DNA of 64,000 nt from Sedimentisphaerales bacterium. GTDB lineage: Bacteria; Planctomycetota; Phycisphaerae; Sedimentisphaerales; SM23-30. Below are positions 18,786 through 29,251 of the stretch, one piece after another (position 1 is the first letter of the stretch; each line of letters opens with the position of its first letter). The notes under the pieces are model-generated. The model searched no databases and was not told where the DNA came from. It was given only the letters and a program-made list of their open reading frames with translations. The stretch is from the NCBI GenBank assembly GCA_963666285.1, contig OY762711.1; one strand, given 5' to 3'. The translations under genes were made by a program, and so were the position numbers.

Positions 18786-21650
18786 ATGACTGTTATTTTA
18801 AATCGAGTAAATACGGATATAAAGGATACCTCTAAAAAATCATTTTTAGCAAAAGATCCATCTTTCGCACCAAAAGCAATTTCCAGAAGTACCCTTAAGT
18901 GTTGGATGCGTGTTTGGGTGATTGGTTTAGTTTTGGCCTGGGTTATGGCAGGAGATGTAGTGTGTGGAGCAGTGCCCGGCGGGCCGACCAATTTGCGGGT
19001 GAATGATGTTGCTGATCCTGTCGGGGTGGGCTGTGGTCCGTTTTTTGGCTGGCATGTAAATGATCCGGATATGAACGAGGTTCAGAGCGGGTACCAGATA
19101 GTGGTGAGCTCATCTGCGGCTAAGCTGGCGGCAGACGAATGGGATTTGTGGGATAGCGGTAAGGTTGGCAGTGACCGGCAGAATCATGTGGTTTACGGTG
19201 GTAAGGAGCTTGCGAGCGACAGCTGCTGCTACTGGAAGGTTCGTACGTGGGATAAGGCCGGCGGTGTCGGTGAATGGTCGAAGGCAGGCCGTTTTGTGGT
19301 GGGGCTGCTGAAGAATGAGGATTGGGCCGGTGCGAGCTGGGTGAGGCGAGAATCAGATGAGGCGGATGACTATACATACTATCGTAAGAAGGTGAGTATG
19401 CCGGGTAAGCCGGTTGAGCGGGTGACGGTGTATGTGTCCAGTGTTCATAAATACGCGTTGTATCTGAACGGTGAGCTAGTTGGTAAGGGGCCGGCGTATA
19501 ATTTTCCTCAGTATCAATATTATAATGCGTATGATATAACCACGCAGATGCGCGGGATAGGTGTTAACCAGTTTGCGATCTTTAACCACTGGTTTGGCGG
19601 CGGTCAGGGGCGTGCCAAGAGCGATCGCGGCGTGATAATGAAGGTGGTTGTGCATTTTGCGGACGGCAGCAGTATGGCTTCGGGAACGGACGGCAGCTGG
19701 CTGCAGAAGCGAGCGGAGGCTTGGGAGTTGGGTCAGGGCCATCGAAATCGAGGTGAGGGGGTAGGCTATATCGAGAAGATAGATGGCGGAAAGCTGGAGC
19801 CGGATTGGGCTGAAGTAGATTATGATGACAGTGGTTGGGGTAAGGTAACGGTGATCGGCGAGCAACCGGTAGAGCCGTGGACGGGCAGTTTGCGGCCTGA
19901 TCTGACGAGGATAGCTGAGCGAGAGATAAGTCCGGTTTCAATAATGAGTGAAGAAGATGGGATATACCTGGTTGATCTTGGCAGGGTTTATGCCGGGGTG
20001 CCGCGGATAAAGTTTAGTGGCGGTGATGCGGGTGAAGTAGTGGAGATGCTGGGTGGTTATGTACTGGATGATAATGGTCGGATCAATACGAGGGGCAACC
20101 AGAGTACTAATATGAGCTATTATGCCGTGTGCGACGGCGGTGAGTTTATATATGAACCTGTCGAGTATCTGGGTATGAGGTATTTTGAGGTTCGCAACCC
20201 GCCGATGGCGGTAACGAAAGATAATTTTTCGTTTGTGGTTCGGCATAGCGAGATGGACGAAGGTCGGAGTGAGTTTGAATCTTCAGATGATAAGCTGGAT
20301 GTGGTGTGGGATTTGATGAAGCATTCGCTGCTGACGTGTGGTCAGGAGGAGTTTGTCGATACCCCTACGCGTGAGAAGGGCGGCTTTTTGGGTGATGCCG
20401 CGATCCAGAGTACGGTTGCTATGCCGGTGATGGGTGAGCGAGTTTTGACTGAGCGGGTCTTGAAAGAGTATTTGCAGTCTATGGATCATTTCTGGTCGGA
20501 AGAATCGCTTAGGGGCGGGATGAACGCGGTGTATCCGAACAGGGACGGCCGGCGAGATATCCCAGATTTTACGCAGGCGTACCTGGTATGGGTTTGGAAT
20601 TATTATATGGAGACTGGTGATGATGCGTTTCTGGCATCGAATTATGCTAAGTTCCGGGATATAGCAGAATATGTGTATAGGTGTCGGGATGAGAATAGCG
20701 GTTTGATCGCGAACCTGGCCGGTGGTTCGGGAGCGTATAAATACGGTATAATCGATTGGCCAGCGTCGATGCGGTTTGGATATGAGATGATGGATGTGCG
20801 TACGGTTATCAACAGCTGGGCGTATGCAGATTATTTGACAGTGAGTAAGATAGCGGGTGTTTTGGGAAATGAAGCTGATGGTGAGTTGTATCGGAAACGG
20901 GCGGAAGAATTGAAGCATGCGATGAACGAGCATCTGTTGAATGATGCGGGAGTGTATGTGGATGGAATGAGCCTGGATGGAAATAAGAGCGAGCATGTTT
21001 CGCAGCATGCTAACATGATGCCGCTGGCGTTGGGTATTGTACCGGATGGCAGCCGGGAAGCAGTATTGGCAAAGGTTAAGGAAGCGGGTATAAGTGTGGG
21101 GATGGTGACGATGCCGTGGCTGATACGAGCGATCGGCGGTGCGGATGAGGGCGGCCAGTTGTTCGAGATGTATACAAACGAGCAGTGGCCAGGCTGGGCG
21201 AGATGCCTGGCGAGGGGAGCGACTAGTACATGGGAGTCGTGGTATTCTGATACGGCGGGTGAGAGTATGTCGCATGCGTGGGGAGCATCGGGGCTGGAAG
21301 GGTATGTGCGGTATATACTGGGGGTTCGGCCGCTTGAGAGCCAGTATAGGAAGGTGTTGATAAAGCCACTGGATTTTTATAAAGAGCTTGACTGGGTGAA
21401 TGGTAAGGTCGCAACGGACAGAGGTGATATCGAGGTGCTATGGCAGACACAGAATAAGGTTTTCCAGATGCAGGTTGGTATTCCGGTGAATATGACGGCC
21501 CGGATAATGATACCGAAGGGCAGGCATGGCGGCGGAGGCTCAATAATAGAGGTGGATAAAAAGAGAATCAGTTCTGTTATGGAGGACGGCTATTTTGTGA
21601 TCGATAATATCGGTTCCGGCCGACATACAATCGTTAAGAGAGATTTTTAG
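18786..21650 (+). CDS. GH78 alpha-L-rhamnosidase-family glycoside hydrolase, exported
   Basis: FN3-like QSGYQI..WDSGKV..YWKVRTWD, VDLGRVYAG, DTPTREKGGFLGD, TWESW, SMSHAW. The start may be the MRVWVIG Met near 18907. Confidence 0.88.
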   Translation: MTVILNRVNTDIKDTSKKSFLAKDPSFAPKAISRSTLKCWMRVWVIGLVLAWVMAGDVVCGAVPGGPTNLRVNDVADPVGVGCGPFFGWHVNDPDMNEVQSGYQIVVSSSAAKLAADEWDLWDSGKVGSDRQNHVVYGGKELASDSCCYWKVRTWDKAGGVGEWSKAGRFVVGLLKNEDWAGASWVRRESDEADDYTYYRKKVSMPGKPVERVTVYVSSVHKYALYLNGELVGKGPAYNFPQYQYYNAYDITTQMRGIGVNQFAIFNHWFGGGQGRAKSDRGVIMKVVVHFADGSSMASGTDGSWLQKRAEAWELGQGHRNRGEGVGYIEKIDGGKLEPDWAEVDYDDSGWGKVTVIGEQPVEPWTGSLRPDLTRIAEREISPVSIMSEEDGIYLVDLGRVYAGVPRIKFSGGDAGEVVEMLGGYVLDDNGRINTRGNQSTNMSYYAVCDGGEFIYEPVEYLGMRYFEVRNPPMAVTKDNFSFVVRHSEMDEGRSEFESSDDKLDVVWDLMKHSLLTCGQEEFVDTPTREKGGFLGDAAIQSTVAMPVMGERVLTERVLKEYLQSMDHFWSEESLRGGMNAVYPNRDGRRDIPDFTQAYLVWVWNYYMETGDDAFLASNYAKFRDIAEYVYRCRDENSGLIANLAGGSGAYKYGIIDWPASMRFGYEMMDVRTVINSWAYADYLTVSKIAGVLGNEADGELYRKRAEELKHAMNEHLLNDAGVYVDGMSLDGNKSEHVSQHANMMPLALGIVPDGSREAVLAKVKEAGISVGMVTMPWLIRAIGGADEGGQLFEMYTNEQWPGWARCLARGATSTWESWYSDTAGESMSHAWGASGLEGYVRYILGVRPLESQYRKVLIKPLDFYKELDWVNGKVATDRGDIEVLWQTQNKVFQMQVGIPVNMTARIMIPKGRHGGGGSIIEVDKKRISSVMEDGYFVIDNIGSGRHTIVKRDF

Positions 21651-21723
21651 GGCTCTGTGATTTATAGAATATTGTGTTGAATTTGCGAATTAGAGTACAA
21701 AAATTAGTAAAGAGGAAGTTGTT

Positions 21724-23031
21724 ATGAAAAAAAATATGTGTGTGATTATGTTGAGTTTGATGTTATTGGGCGGCAGAGGAATAGCGGGTAATTGGCCGAC
21801 CTGGCGAGGGCCGGAATGTATGGGGATTTCGCCAGATGGTGATCCACCGATAGAATGGAGTGAGACGGAGAATATCAAATGGAAGGCAGCGGTTAGAGGT
21901 GATAAGTCTGATTCAACGCCGATCGCGTGGGGTGATATGCTGATATATCAGAGCGCGGAAAAAACAGGTAAATCCGGTCCTCAAAAAGTAACATCGAAGC
22001 CGGACAGGTTCAGCGGACCGGTACCAAGAAATATCTACAAGTTTAATTTAGTCTGTGTTGACAGGCAGACCGGCAAGACAATGTGGGAGCAAACGGCAGT
22101 TGAGGCACAGCCGCATCAAGGGCATCATCCGGATCATGGATTTGCATCGTATTGCCCGGTGACAGACGGAAAGCATATCTGGGCGAACTTTGGTTCAAGG
22201 GGTGTGTATTGTTATGATATGTCAGGTGAGAAGTTGTGGGGGGTAGAGCTTTCGCAGTTAAACGCGAAATTCGGCGAGGGCGGCTCGACAGCAATTGCCG
22301 GTGATGCTTTGATAGTGGTGGCAGACAGTGCCGCAGGTAATTCATCTATCTATGCATTTGATAAGGTGACCGGAGATGTTTTATGGCATAAGGGAAGAAG
22401 TGAAAAAGAAGTGACATATGCAACGCCATTGCCAGTGAAAATTAACGGCCGGCAGCAGGTAATTGTAAATTCATGGGACAAGATCATGAGTTACGATGTT
22501 AAAACAGGTGATATAGTTTGGGAGTGCGGCGGTCCGCAGCGGAATGGCATTTATACGCCGGTAACAGATGGTGATGTTTTGTATTGCGTGACCCAGGTAA
22601 ACACACATATCATGCAGGCGATACGGTTGGACAGAACAGGTGATCTATTGGAAACAGATGCGATTTTATGGCAGAATGTGAATGCTGCTACTCCTGATAT
22701 TGCGTCCTTGCTGTTGTATAAAGACAGGTTGTACAGTTTTGCCGTATTTAACGAGGAGCTATCCTGTTATAATATTAGTACCGGCAAGCCGTATTTTGAG
22801 AAGCAGAAGCTGGCAGAGATGAAAAAGATATATGCTTCGCCGGTTGCAGCATCGGGTAGGATATATTGTACGGGCAGAAATGGAGTGACTTATGTCTTGA
22901 AGGCAGCCGAAGAGTTTGAGGTTTTGGCGATAAATAAGCTTGACGATGGTATCGACTGCTCTCCTGTAATAGTAGATAATGAATTATACCTGAAGGGTAA
23001 GAAATATATTTATTGTATAGCTGAGAATTGA
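21724..23031 (+). CDS. PQQ-like beta-propeller repeat protein (BamB-like family)
   Basis: Signal peptide, NWPTWRGP, repeated D..TG..LW blades, YASPVAA.GRIY. Confidence 0.85.
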   Translation: MKKNMCVIMLSLMLLGGRGIAGNWPTWRGPECMGISPDGDPPIEWSETENIKWKAAVRGDKSDSTPIAWGDMLIYQSAEKTGKSGPQKVTSKPDRFSGPVPRNIYKFNLVCVDRQTGKTMWEQTAVEAQPHQGHHPDHGFASYCPVTDGKHIWANFGSRGVYCYDMSGEKLWGVELSQLNAKFGEGGSTAIAGDALIVVADSAAGNSSIYAFDKVTGDVLWHKGRSEKEVTYATPLPVKINGRQQVIVNSWDKIMSYDVKTGDIVWECGGPQRNGIYTPVTDGDVLYCVTQVNTHIMQAIRLDRTGDLLETDAILWQNVNAATPDIASLLLYKDRLYSFAVFNEELSCYNISTGKPYFEKQKLAEMKKIYASPVAASGRIYCTGRNGVTYVLKAAEEFEVLAINKLDDGIDCSPVIVDNELYLKGKKYIYCIAEN

Positions 23032-23100
23032 TGTTGACATTGTAGGTATCGATTTTGAGCTAGAGCAAAAATTGATTATCTGTGTATGCCAAGTTTACAA

Positions 23101-24537
23101 TTATTTGAGCAGGTCGTAAATTTCTATGACTCTTGTCTCTTCCATGTACTTAATGAATTCGATGCCGATGGTGTACATGCCGCCGCCGTTATTGACGCAG
23201 CGAACGATTTTGCCGATGGCCTGAACTTTGTTTTCGTATTCTTCGGGCATTTCAAGGTCTATTCTCACCATTTGGTTGACATCGTAAGGTTTGTCGTTGA
23301 GGAGGGCTACTCCGCTGATAGATAAGTTGCTGCAGAACATAGATTTTGTATCTGCGAGTATCCATCTGTCTTCTTTCCTGGTAAGAGTCGTTAACCTGGC
23401 CCTGGTTCTGAAGTAGAAACGTTGGTGTCTTCTGCCAGACGGGTTAGCACCAATTTCAGGTGTAAGTCCCAGGTCGTCGAGAATAAGACCGTCGAAATAG
23501 TCGTCAGAAATCTGGGTGCCCATAATTTCTCCGTTAATAAACTGGGCGAACGAACCGGCAATATTTTTGTCAAGCTTGAGTCCGATGAACCCGCGGATTT
23601 CAGCCATTGCCTGCGAGGTAGTCATAGCGTCAGGTCTATAGGGCCGCTGTGAGGTCATAGCCTCGAACATGTCGACGATACATGCCATTTTACCATAGAT
23701 TGATATTTTTTTGCCGGCGAGACCTTTTGGGTAGCCATTGCCATCGATAGTTTCGTGATGTTCAGCGATGATGGACATGACTCTTTCCGGTAATTTAGAT
23801 AATCGTTCGATAAGCTTAACGGTTTCGCTAACATGGTTCTGGACGATTGTAAGATCCAGCTCAGATAGTTTTCCCGGATTGTTTAGGATATTTTCAGGTA
23901 TAAAACGCTTACCGAGATCGTGCAGTATGCCGCCGCAACAGCAATGAGTCAGGATTTTATTGTCATGAATCCCGATTTTCCTGGCGAATGCTACAAGTGT
24001 GACGCTCATGTTAGCAGAGTGAGCGGCGTGGTCGTAGTCGCGAATCATCGAGTCGAAAAAGAACCTGTAAATATTAGTGTGCTTGACAAAGATTGGGACA
24101 ACACTTTTGCACACTTTAATAACATCGACGAAAGTTTCCCGTTTGATATCGGTTGACATGACATGCCTGGCAAGCGATAAAAGAACCGCATAGGCGAATT
24201 CACATTGTTCGATAAGCGGCAGATCCTGAGTTGTGACTATATCTTCGATATCTCTACTGACAGCTTTAAGGAAATCGCTACTGTCAGAGATATACATATA
24301 GAGGTATCTAACCCCTTTTTTGAGCAGGAAATCCCTGTGAATTTTACCGTAGTCGATAGATTTTTCAGGATAAACCTGGAGATTGTTGTTTGTGTCGATG
24401 CAGTATAAAGCTTTCCCAGATAGCCTTGCGGGAGATACTATGGCAATGGGTACGGGCAGGTATCCACTTTTGATACTGATTCTACTTTGTGCTTCTTCTA
24501 CACCCTGCTTCTTCTCTTTTACCAGTGTATTAACCAT
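23101..24537 (-). CDS. HD-GYP phosphodiesterase with C-terminal PilZ domain, paralog 1
   Basis: LHDLGK, HHETIDGNGYP, RPYR; PilZ motifs RRHQR and NLSISG. Confidence 0.88.
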   Translation of the reverse strand: MVNTLVKEKKQGVEEAQSRISIKSGYLPVPIAIVSPARLSGKALYCIDTNNNLQVYPEKSIDYGKIHRDFLLKKGVRYLYMYISDSSDFLKAVSRDIEDIVTTQDLPLIEQCEFAYAVLLSLARHVMSTDIKRETFVDVIKVCKSVVPIFVKHTNIYRFFFDSMIRDYDHAAHSANMSVTLVAFARKIGIHDNKILTHCCCGGILHDLGKRFIPENILNNPGKLSELDLTIVQNHVSETVKLIERLSKLPERVMSIIAEHHETIDGNGYPKGLAGKKISIYGKMACIVDMFEAMTSQRPYRPDAMTTSQAMAEIRGFIGLKLDKNIAGSFAQFINGEIMGTQISDDYFDGLILDDLGLTPEIGANPSGRRHQRFYFRTRARLTTLTRKEDRWILADTKSMFCSNLSISGVALLNDKPYDVNQMVRIDLEMPEEYENKVQAIGKIVRCVNNGGGMYTIGIEFIKYMEETRVIEIYDLLK

Positions 24538-24680
24538 GCGATTCTAAATTAGTCTGGAAATGCGGGCGCAAATATGCCGCAAGAATAAGCATGACCAGAC
24601 AATTATATCCTTTTTCAAAATTTATATTACTCAAAATGACCGATGGTTGCTTTGAGTATATTAATAACTTAACATAATAC

Positions 24681-24708
24681 TTATCGGTTTTGACAATATT
24701 TGTGTTTA
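24681..24708 (-). promoter_or_regulatory. sigma28-like promoter
   Basis: Minus strand TAAA-N16-ACCGATAA. Confidence 0.6.
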
Positions 24709-24818
24709 GTGCAAAATTGTAATATTTTAGAGGAAGGAAGAAATAAACAGATCAAAAAGTTGTCAATCGTGCAGTGCTCTAATAGAAGTCAGATGTCAGG
24801 AAAGGTTTTCAGAGGGGA

Positions 24819-26315
24819 TTATTTCAAGAGGTTGTATATTTCCTGTACTTTTACTTCTTCCATATTTTTGAGGAATTCAACCCCGATAGTAAACATACTG
24901 CCGCTGTTGACGCATCTGACGATTTTACCGATCGCCTGAACTTTTTCCTCGTATTCTTCCGGCATTTCGAGTTCAATCCTAACCATCTGGTTTAGATCTC
25001 GTTCTTTGTCATTTATCAGAGCCAGTCCGCTGACAGACATATTACTGCAGAACATATATTGCGGGTCGGAAAGCACCCATTTGTCTTCTTTTCTGCTGAG
25101 TTTGCTGATTCTTACCTTTGCTCTGAAGTAGTATCTTTCGTGCCTACGTCCAGAAGGGTTGGCACCAATTTCTGGTGTAAGCCCCAGGTCGTCTAGAATA
25201 AGACCGTCGAAATAGTCGTCAGAGCAAGTAACATTTCTGACCTGATCGTCAATTAGCTGAGTAAAAGAACCGGCGATAGTTTTATCGACTTTCATTCCGG
25301 CGATACCACGAATTTCAGCAAGTGCAAGATCAATGGTCATTGGAGCAGGTCGATATGGCCTGGAGCTGGTCATAGCTTCAAACATATCAACGATACCAAT
25401 CATTTTTCCATAGATCGAAATTTCTTTCGCTTTAAGTTTTTTGGGATATCCTTCACCGTCAATGGTTTCGTGATGTTCGCTGATAATGCTCATGACCCTG
25501 GAAGGCAGTTTTGAATATTTATCAATAGCTTTGATACCTTCAATAACATGATTCTGGGCGATCAGCAGATCGAAGTCAGACAGTTTTCCGGTATTATTCA
25601 GGATATCCGACGGTGTAAATCTTTTACCGATATCGTGCAGTATTCCACCGCAACAGCAATGGGTAAGTATTTTTTCGTCTTCGATACCAATTTTCCTGGC
25701 AAAAGCGGTTAACATAACACTGACATTAGCCGAATGGACGCCATTGGCGTGATCATGCAGCATGCAAGAATGGAAGTGTTTGTATGTATTGTTATATTTG
25801 ACAAAAAGCGGAATAATATTTTTACATATTTTAAGTACATCAACAAATGTGTTTCGGTTGATGTCCACTTCAATGATTCTTTTAGCCAGAGCGAGCAGAA
25901 TGGCATAGGTAAAATGACATTTATCTTCCAGCGGCAAATCCTTAGCAGTGAGAACGCCAGAAGCATCATTGATAACAGCTTTCAGGTATTCGTTGTAATT
26001 AGAGATATGTACATAGATGTATCTGACATCTTTTTTAAGCAGAAAATCTCTATGTGCCGCGGTAAAATCAGCATCTTCTTTGAGGTAGACTTGAGCCTTT
26101 GCGTTAGGGCCGGCAATGAAGATTTCAGTGCCGATGAGCTTGTTGTTAGGAAGAATGAAAAGAATCGGTATGGGAAGATATCCATCCCTTATACTGATTT
26201 TTTCCTGAGCTTTTTTGGCTTCAGGCTGCTTATTGTCTTTTTCCAGCGTATTTACCATCATTATCCGGTTTTTTGATATTAATGTACCCTCAGTTATGAG
26301 GTGTACTTTATACAT
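24819..26315 (-). CDS. HD-GYP phosphodiesterase with C-terminal PilZ domain, paralog 2
   Basis: LHDIGK, HHETIDGEGYP; RRHER and NMSVSG. The start is probably the MVNTL Met, by analogy with paralog 1. Confidence 0.88.
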   Translation of the reverse strand: MYKVHLITEGTLISKNRIMMVNTLEKDNKQPEAKKAQEKISIRDGYLPIPILFILPNNKLIGTEIFIAGPNAKAQVYLKEDADFTAAHRDFLLKKDVRYIYVHISNYNEYLKAVINDASGVLTAKDLPLEDKCHFTYAILLALAKRIIEVDINRNTFVDVLKICKNIIPLFVKYNNTYKHFHSCMLHDHANGVHSANVSVMLTAFARKIGIEDEKILTHCCCGGILHDIGKRFTPSDILNNTGKLSDFDLLIAQNHVIEGIKAIDKYSKLPSRVMSIISEHHETIDGEGYPKKLKAKEISIYGKMIGIVDMFEAMTSSRPYRPAPMTIDLALAEIRGIAGMKVDKTIAGSFTQLIDDQVRNVTCSDDYFDGLILDDLGLTPEIGANPSGRRHERYYFRAKVRISKLSRKEDKWVLSDPQYMFCSNMSVSGLALINDKERDLNQMVRIELEMPEEYEEKVQAIGKIVRCVNSGSMFTIGVEFLKNMEEVKVQEIYNLLK

Positions 26316-26377
26316 AATAAATCAGATTTTCACCTAGTATTTGCATATATCTGTTTGTATGTATCAGTCTTAATGGA

Positions 26378-26405
26378 ATATCGACCCAAGGTTGATTGGT
26401 ATTTA
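26378..26405 (-). promoter_or_regulatory. sigma28-like promoter
   Basis: Minus strand TAAA-N16-GTCGATAT. Confidence 0.6.
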
Positions 26406-26720
26406 GAAGAAAACAGGCAGACCTGAGAAAATAAAGGGCCAATAACAAAATAATATATTACATAACCAGAATAACTATAGTTGTTTACAAAGTTTAGGAC
26501 AAACAACATTATGGTAAATGCTAACATTAGCTGCTTATTGGACATGTAAGCGAGCTAACCGGTTGTATCTATCCTTCCAAGAATCGGTTTTCAACCGGTG
26601 GAGAATCTGAAATATTGTATATTTTAATGAAATTTTGAAATGGTCTGATAATGTGCTATAATACAGATAGTGCATGATTTTAATGCAAATCAATTATCTT
26701 AGAAAGATTTTTTAATTTCA

Positions 26721-27272
26721 ATGAAGTTGTCTATTGCCTCAGCTTTAGTAAGGCGTTATGCCATCGAAATTGCCGGTACCTATAGTGGAAGTGTGGCAAA
26801 TCCCCGTCATTTTATAGCGTCGGTCTTGTGGATGCCATTTTTTGTTAAAAAGAACAATATAGATAAAATAGTCAAATGCTCATTGGAGCTATCGATTGAT
26901 ATCAGGCATGAGTTATTGCAGATACCGGGTATGCTGACGGATAACAGGATATGTCTGAATGAGATTAATGCATTTTTGAATACAGATCTAGCGACCAAAT
27001 ATTGTCATATTAATAACCGTACAACGGTGGCTTTGAGTGTCTCGGCACGTAAAATGTTTGATATAGCAAGTGAGCAGGCAGAGTCGCTGGGTTATGACAG
27101 GATATATGTGCCTCATTTGTATTATGCCGCGGTCCGAACAGGTGGAGACCAATGGCTGAAAGTATTTGGACGTTCCATAAAGCCTAATCCGTCAGTAGTT
27201 GACCGTCTTTATGACCTTATGGCAGCAGGCGGAAACAGTGGAGTTGGCGAGCTGCCGGTAAAGGTTAAGTAA
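26721..27272 (+). CDS. Stand-alone Clp N-terminal (Clp repeat) domain-like protein
   Basis: Two Clp_N-like half-repeats (AIEIAG..VANPRHFIASV; LSVSARKMFDIASEQAESLGYDRIYVPHLYYA); no ATPase domain. Confidence 0.6.
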   Translation: MKLSIASALVRRYAIEIAGTYSGSVANPRHFIASVLWMPFFVKKNNIDKIVKCSLELSIDIRHELLQIPGMLTDNRICLNEINAFLNTDLATKYCHINNRTTVALSVSARKMFDIASEQAESLGYDRIYVPHLYYAAVRTGGDQWLKVFGRSIKPNPSVVDRLYDLMAAGGNSGVGELPVKVK

Positions 27273-27384
27273 GAAAGTTCTTATAAGTTCAGTTATGGAA
27301 CGTTTTGGTTGGATTCATTAATTTTGACTAAATTTTTTGCATGATTTTTAAGTTATGGTAGGTTATCATTAGTCATCGTCTTAA

Positions 27385-27545
27385 GGCAACTTCTGAAAAT
27401 TCATTTTGCTCGACAAGTTTTTCTTTTGCCTGCTGACATGCGTCACATAAACCAGTGAATATAGTTCAATATGCACGATTTAATATTCCTTGACAGCAAC
27501 CAAAATCTTAAACTATCGCATCAAAAGCAATTTTCAGAGGTCACC
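27385..27545. mobile_element. MITE-like 161-bp palindromic element
   Basis: Terminal IRs GGCAACTTCTGAAAATT / GGTGACCTCTGAAAATT extend imperfectly for ~55 bp; inner hairpin; flanked by TTAA and ATAA. Confidence 0.7.
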
Positions 27546-27575
27546 ATAATTTAATAACGAAACAGGAGAGATTTC

Positions 27576-28982
27576 ATGTCAGCAGAACTATCACGAAGGA
27601 ATTTTATAACATCAGTCAGTATGCTAGCAGCCGGAACAATGTTGAGTTCGCAATTGAAAGGAGTTATGCCGGACGGCCGTAAGATGAAGGTAGTGCTGGT
27701 TGGAACCGGCGTTCGCGGCATAAGTTTCTGGGGTAAGAGGCTGGTAGATGAGTATTCGGATATCCTGGAGTTTGTTGGGTTGTGTGATATAAACCCGGGG
27801 CGACTTGAATTTGGAAAGAAATATATTGGAGCAGACTGTCCAACATTTCTGAATTTTGAGGAGATGGTGAAGACTACCAAGCCGGATCTTGTGATAGTGA
27901 CAACAATGGATTCTACCCATGATGAGTTTATAATAAAGTCGCTGGATATGGGAGTTGATGTATTAACGGAAAAGCCGTTGACAACAGATGAGACAAAATG
28001 CCAGGCGATTTTGGACGCAGAACGCCGTTCCAAGAATAAGGTGATCGTTGGATTTAACTATCGCTGGAGTCCGTATATGACCCGTATAAAGCAGCTATTA
28101 GCAGAAGACGCGATAGGTGATGTAGTATCAGTAGATTTCAACTGGATATTGAACACCTATCATGGCGCCTCATATTTCCGCAGATGGCATGGCTTACGTC
28201 AATGCAGCGGTTCGCTCTGGATTCATAAAGCGACACATCATTTTGACCTGGTGAACTGGTGGCTGGACAGTGACCCTGAAGAGGTATTTGCTTACGGCGA
28301 CCTTGAACATTACGGCGAGAACGGACCGTATCGCGGCAGTTCATGCCGGGCATGTGACCATAAGAAAGAATGTAAATTCTACTGGGATATAACCAGGGAC
28401 AAGCATTCGATGAATTTATATGTCAATAACGAACAATATGACGGATATATCCGTGATAACTGCCTGTTCAGGCCAGAGGTTAATATTTATGATAAGATGT
28501 CAGCCCAGGTAAAATATGCCAATAATGTTGTGCTGAACTATTCGCTGACAACCTATTCACCGTATGAAGGTTGGAAGATAGCGTTTAACGGCAAGAAAGG
28601 CCGCCTGGAGGCGTGGCTGGATATTCCGTTTATGAGCGGAAAAGACCTTGTGAGCCAGGAAGATATGCACAAAATGGAGATGAGCCAGGGAGCCGGTAAG
28701 GAAATGACATATAAGCCAATGATCGTGCATAAGCTGTGGGATAAATATAAGACCGATATGGTAGGATTTGAACGGGGCGGTCATGGCGGCGGCGACAGTC
28801 GTTTGCATAACAAGATATTCCGTGACCCGTCAGCCCCAGATCCATATAAGCATGCGGCCGGGACACGGGATGGCGCTATGTCAATTCTGATCGGTATAGC
28901 AGCGAGAAAGAGTATAGAGTCTGGCAGGCCGATAAGGATAGCCGAGCTAACCGACCTTGAGCCGAGAGCGAAACGGATATAA
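27576..28982 (+). CDS. Tat-exported Gfo/Idh/MocA-family oxidoreductase
   Basis: SRRNF twin-arginine signal, VGTGVRG, EKP, HKATHHFD, GGHGGGD. Confidence 0.9.
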   Translation: MSAELSRRNFITSVSMLAAGTMLSSQLKGVMPDGRKMKVVLVGTGVRGISFWGKRLVDEYSDILEFVGLCDINPGRLEFGKKYIGADCPTFLNFEEMVKTTKPDLVIVTTMDSTHDEFIIKSLDMGVDVLTEKPLTTDETKCQAILDAERRSKNKVIVGFNYRWSPYMTRIKQLLAEDAIGDVVSVDFNWILNTYHGASYFRRWHGLRQCSGSLWIHKATHHFDLVNWWLDSDPEEVFAYGDLEHYGENGPYRGSSCRACDHKKECKFYWDITRDKHSMNLYVNNEQYDGYIRDNCLFRPEVNIYDKMSAQVKYANNVVLNYSLTTYSPYEGWKIAFNGKKGRLEAWLDIPFMSGKDLVSQEDMHKMEMSQGAGKEMTYKPMIVHKLWDKYKTDMVGFERGGHGGGDSRLHNKIFRDPSAPDPYKHAAGTRDGAMSILIGIAARKSIESGRPIRIAELTDLEPRAKRI

Positions 28983-29218
28983 AAAAGAGTTGATGTGTCG
29001 GCCAGGCCATACAGCATGTTTGAAATCTCGGTATAGAGAAATATATTAGCGAACCCGACAATATTAAAATGTTTGTAATCGTTCACACGGTTACAGTAAT
29101 AAGATATAAGTAAAAAGAAATAAACTATGGTATCGCTTATCGCGACCTATTTTAAAGCTCCGCAAACACAGAGTCTGACGCAAATAACGCACCTGTGAAT
29201 GCTTACAAACGTTCTAAT

Positions 29219-29250
29219 AAGAGCGGTAGTGCTATTGCTATCGCTCTTTT
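29219..29250. terminator. Hairpin terminator between convergent genes
   Basis: AAGAGCGGTAG / CTATCGCTCTT stem, T-run on the + side. Confidence 0.65.
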
Positions 29251-29251
29251 G

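Noticed and set aside
20283..21275. 330-aa antisense ORF, and many similar shadow ORFs within the gsp genes and typA
   Set aside because: They lie opposite well-supported genes and have no motifs; explained by codon bias.
29161..29214. c-di-GMP-I riboswitch-like GCAAA...GACGCAAA
   Set aside because: The P2 stem and GNRA loop are missing, and there is no downstream gene on that strand.
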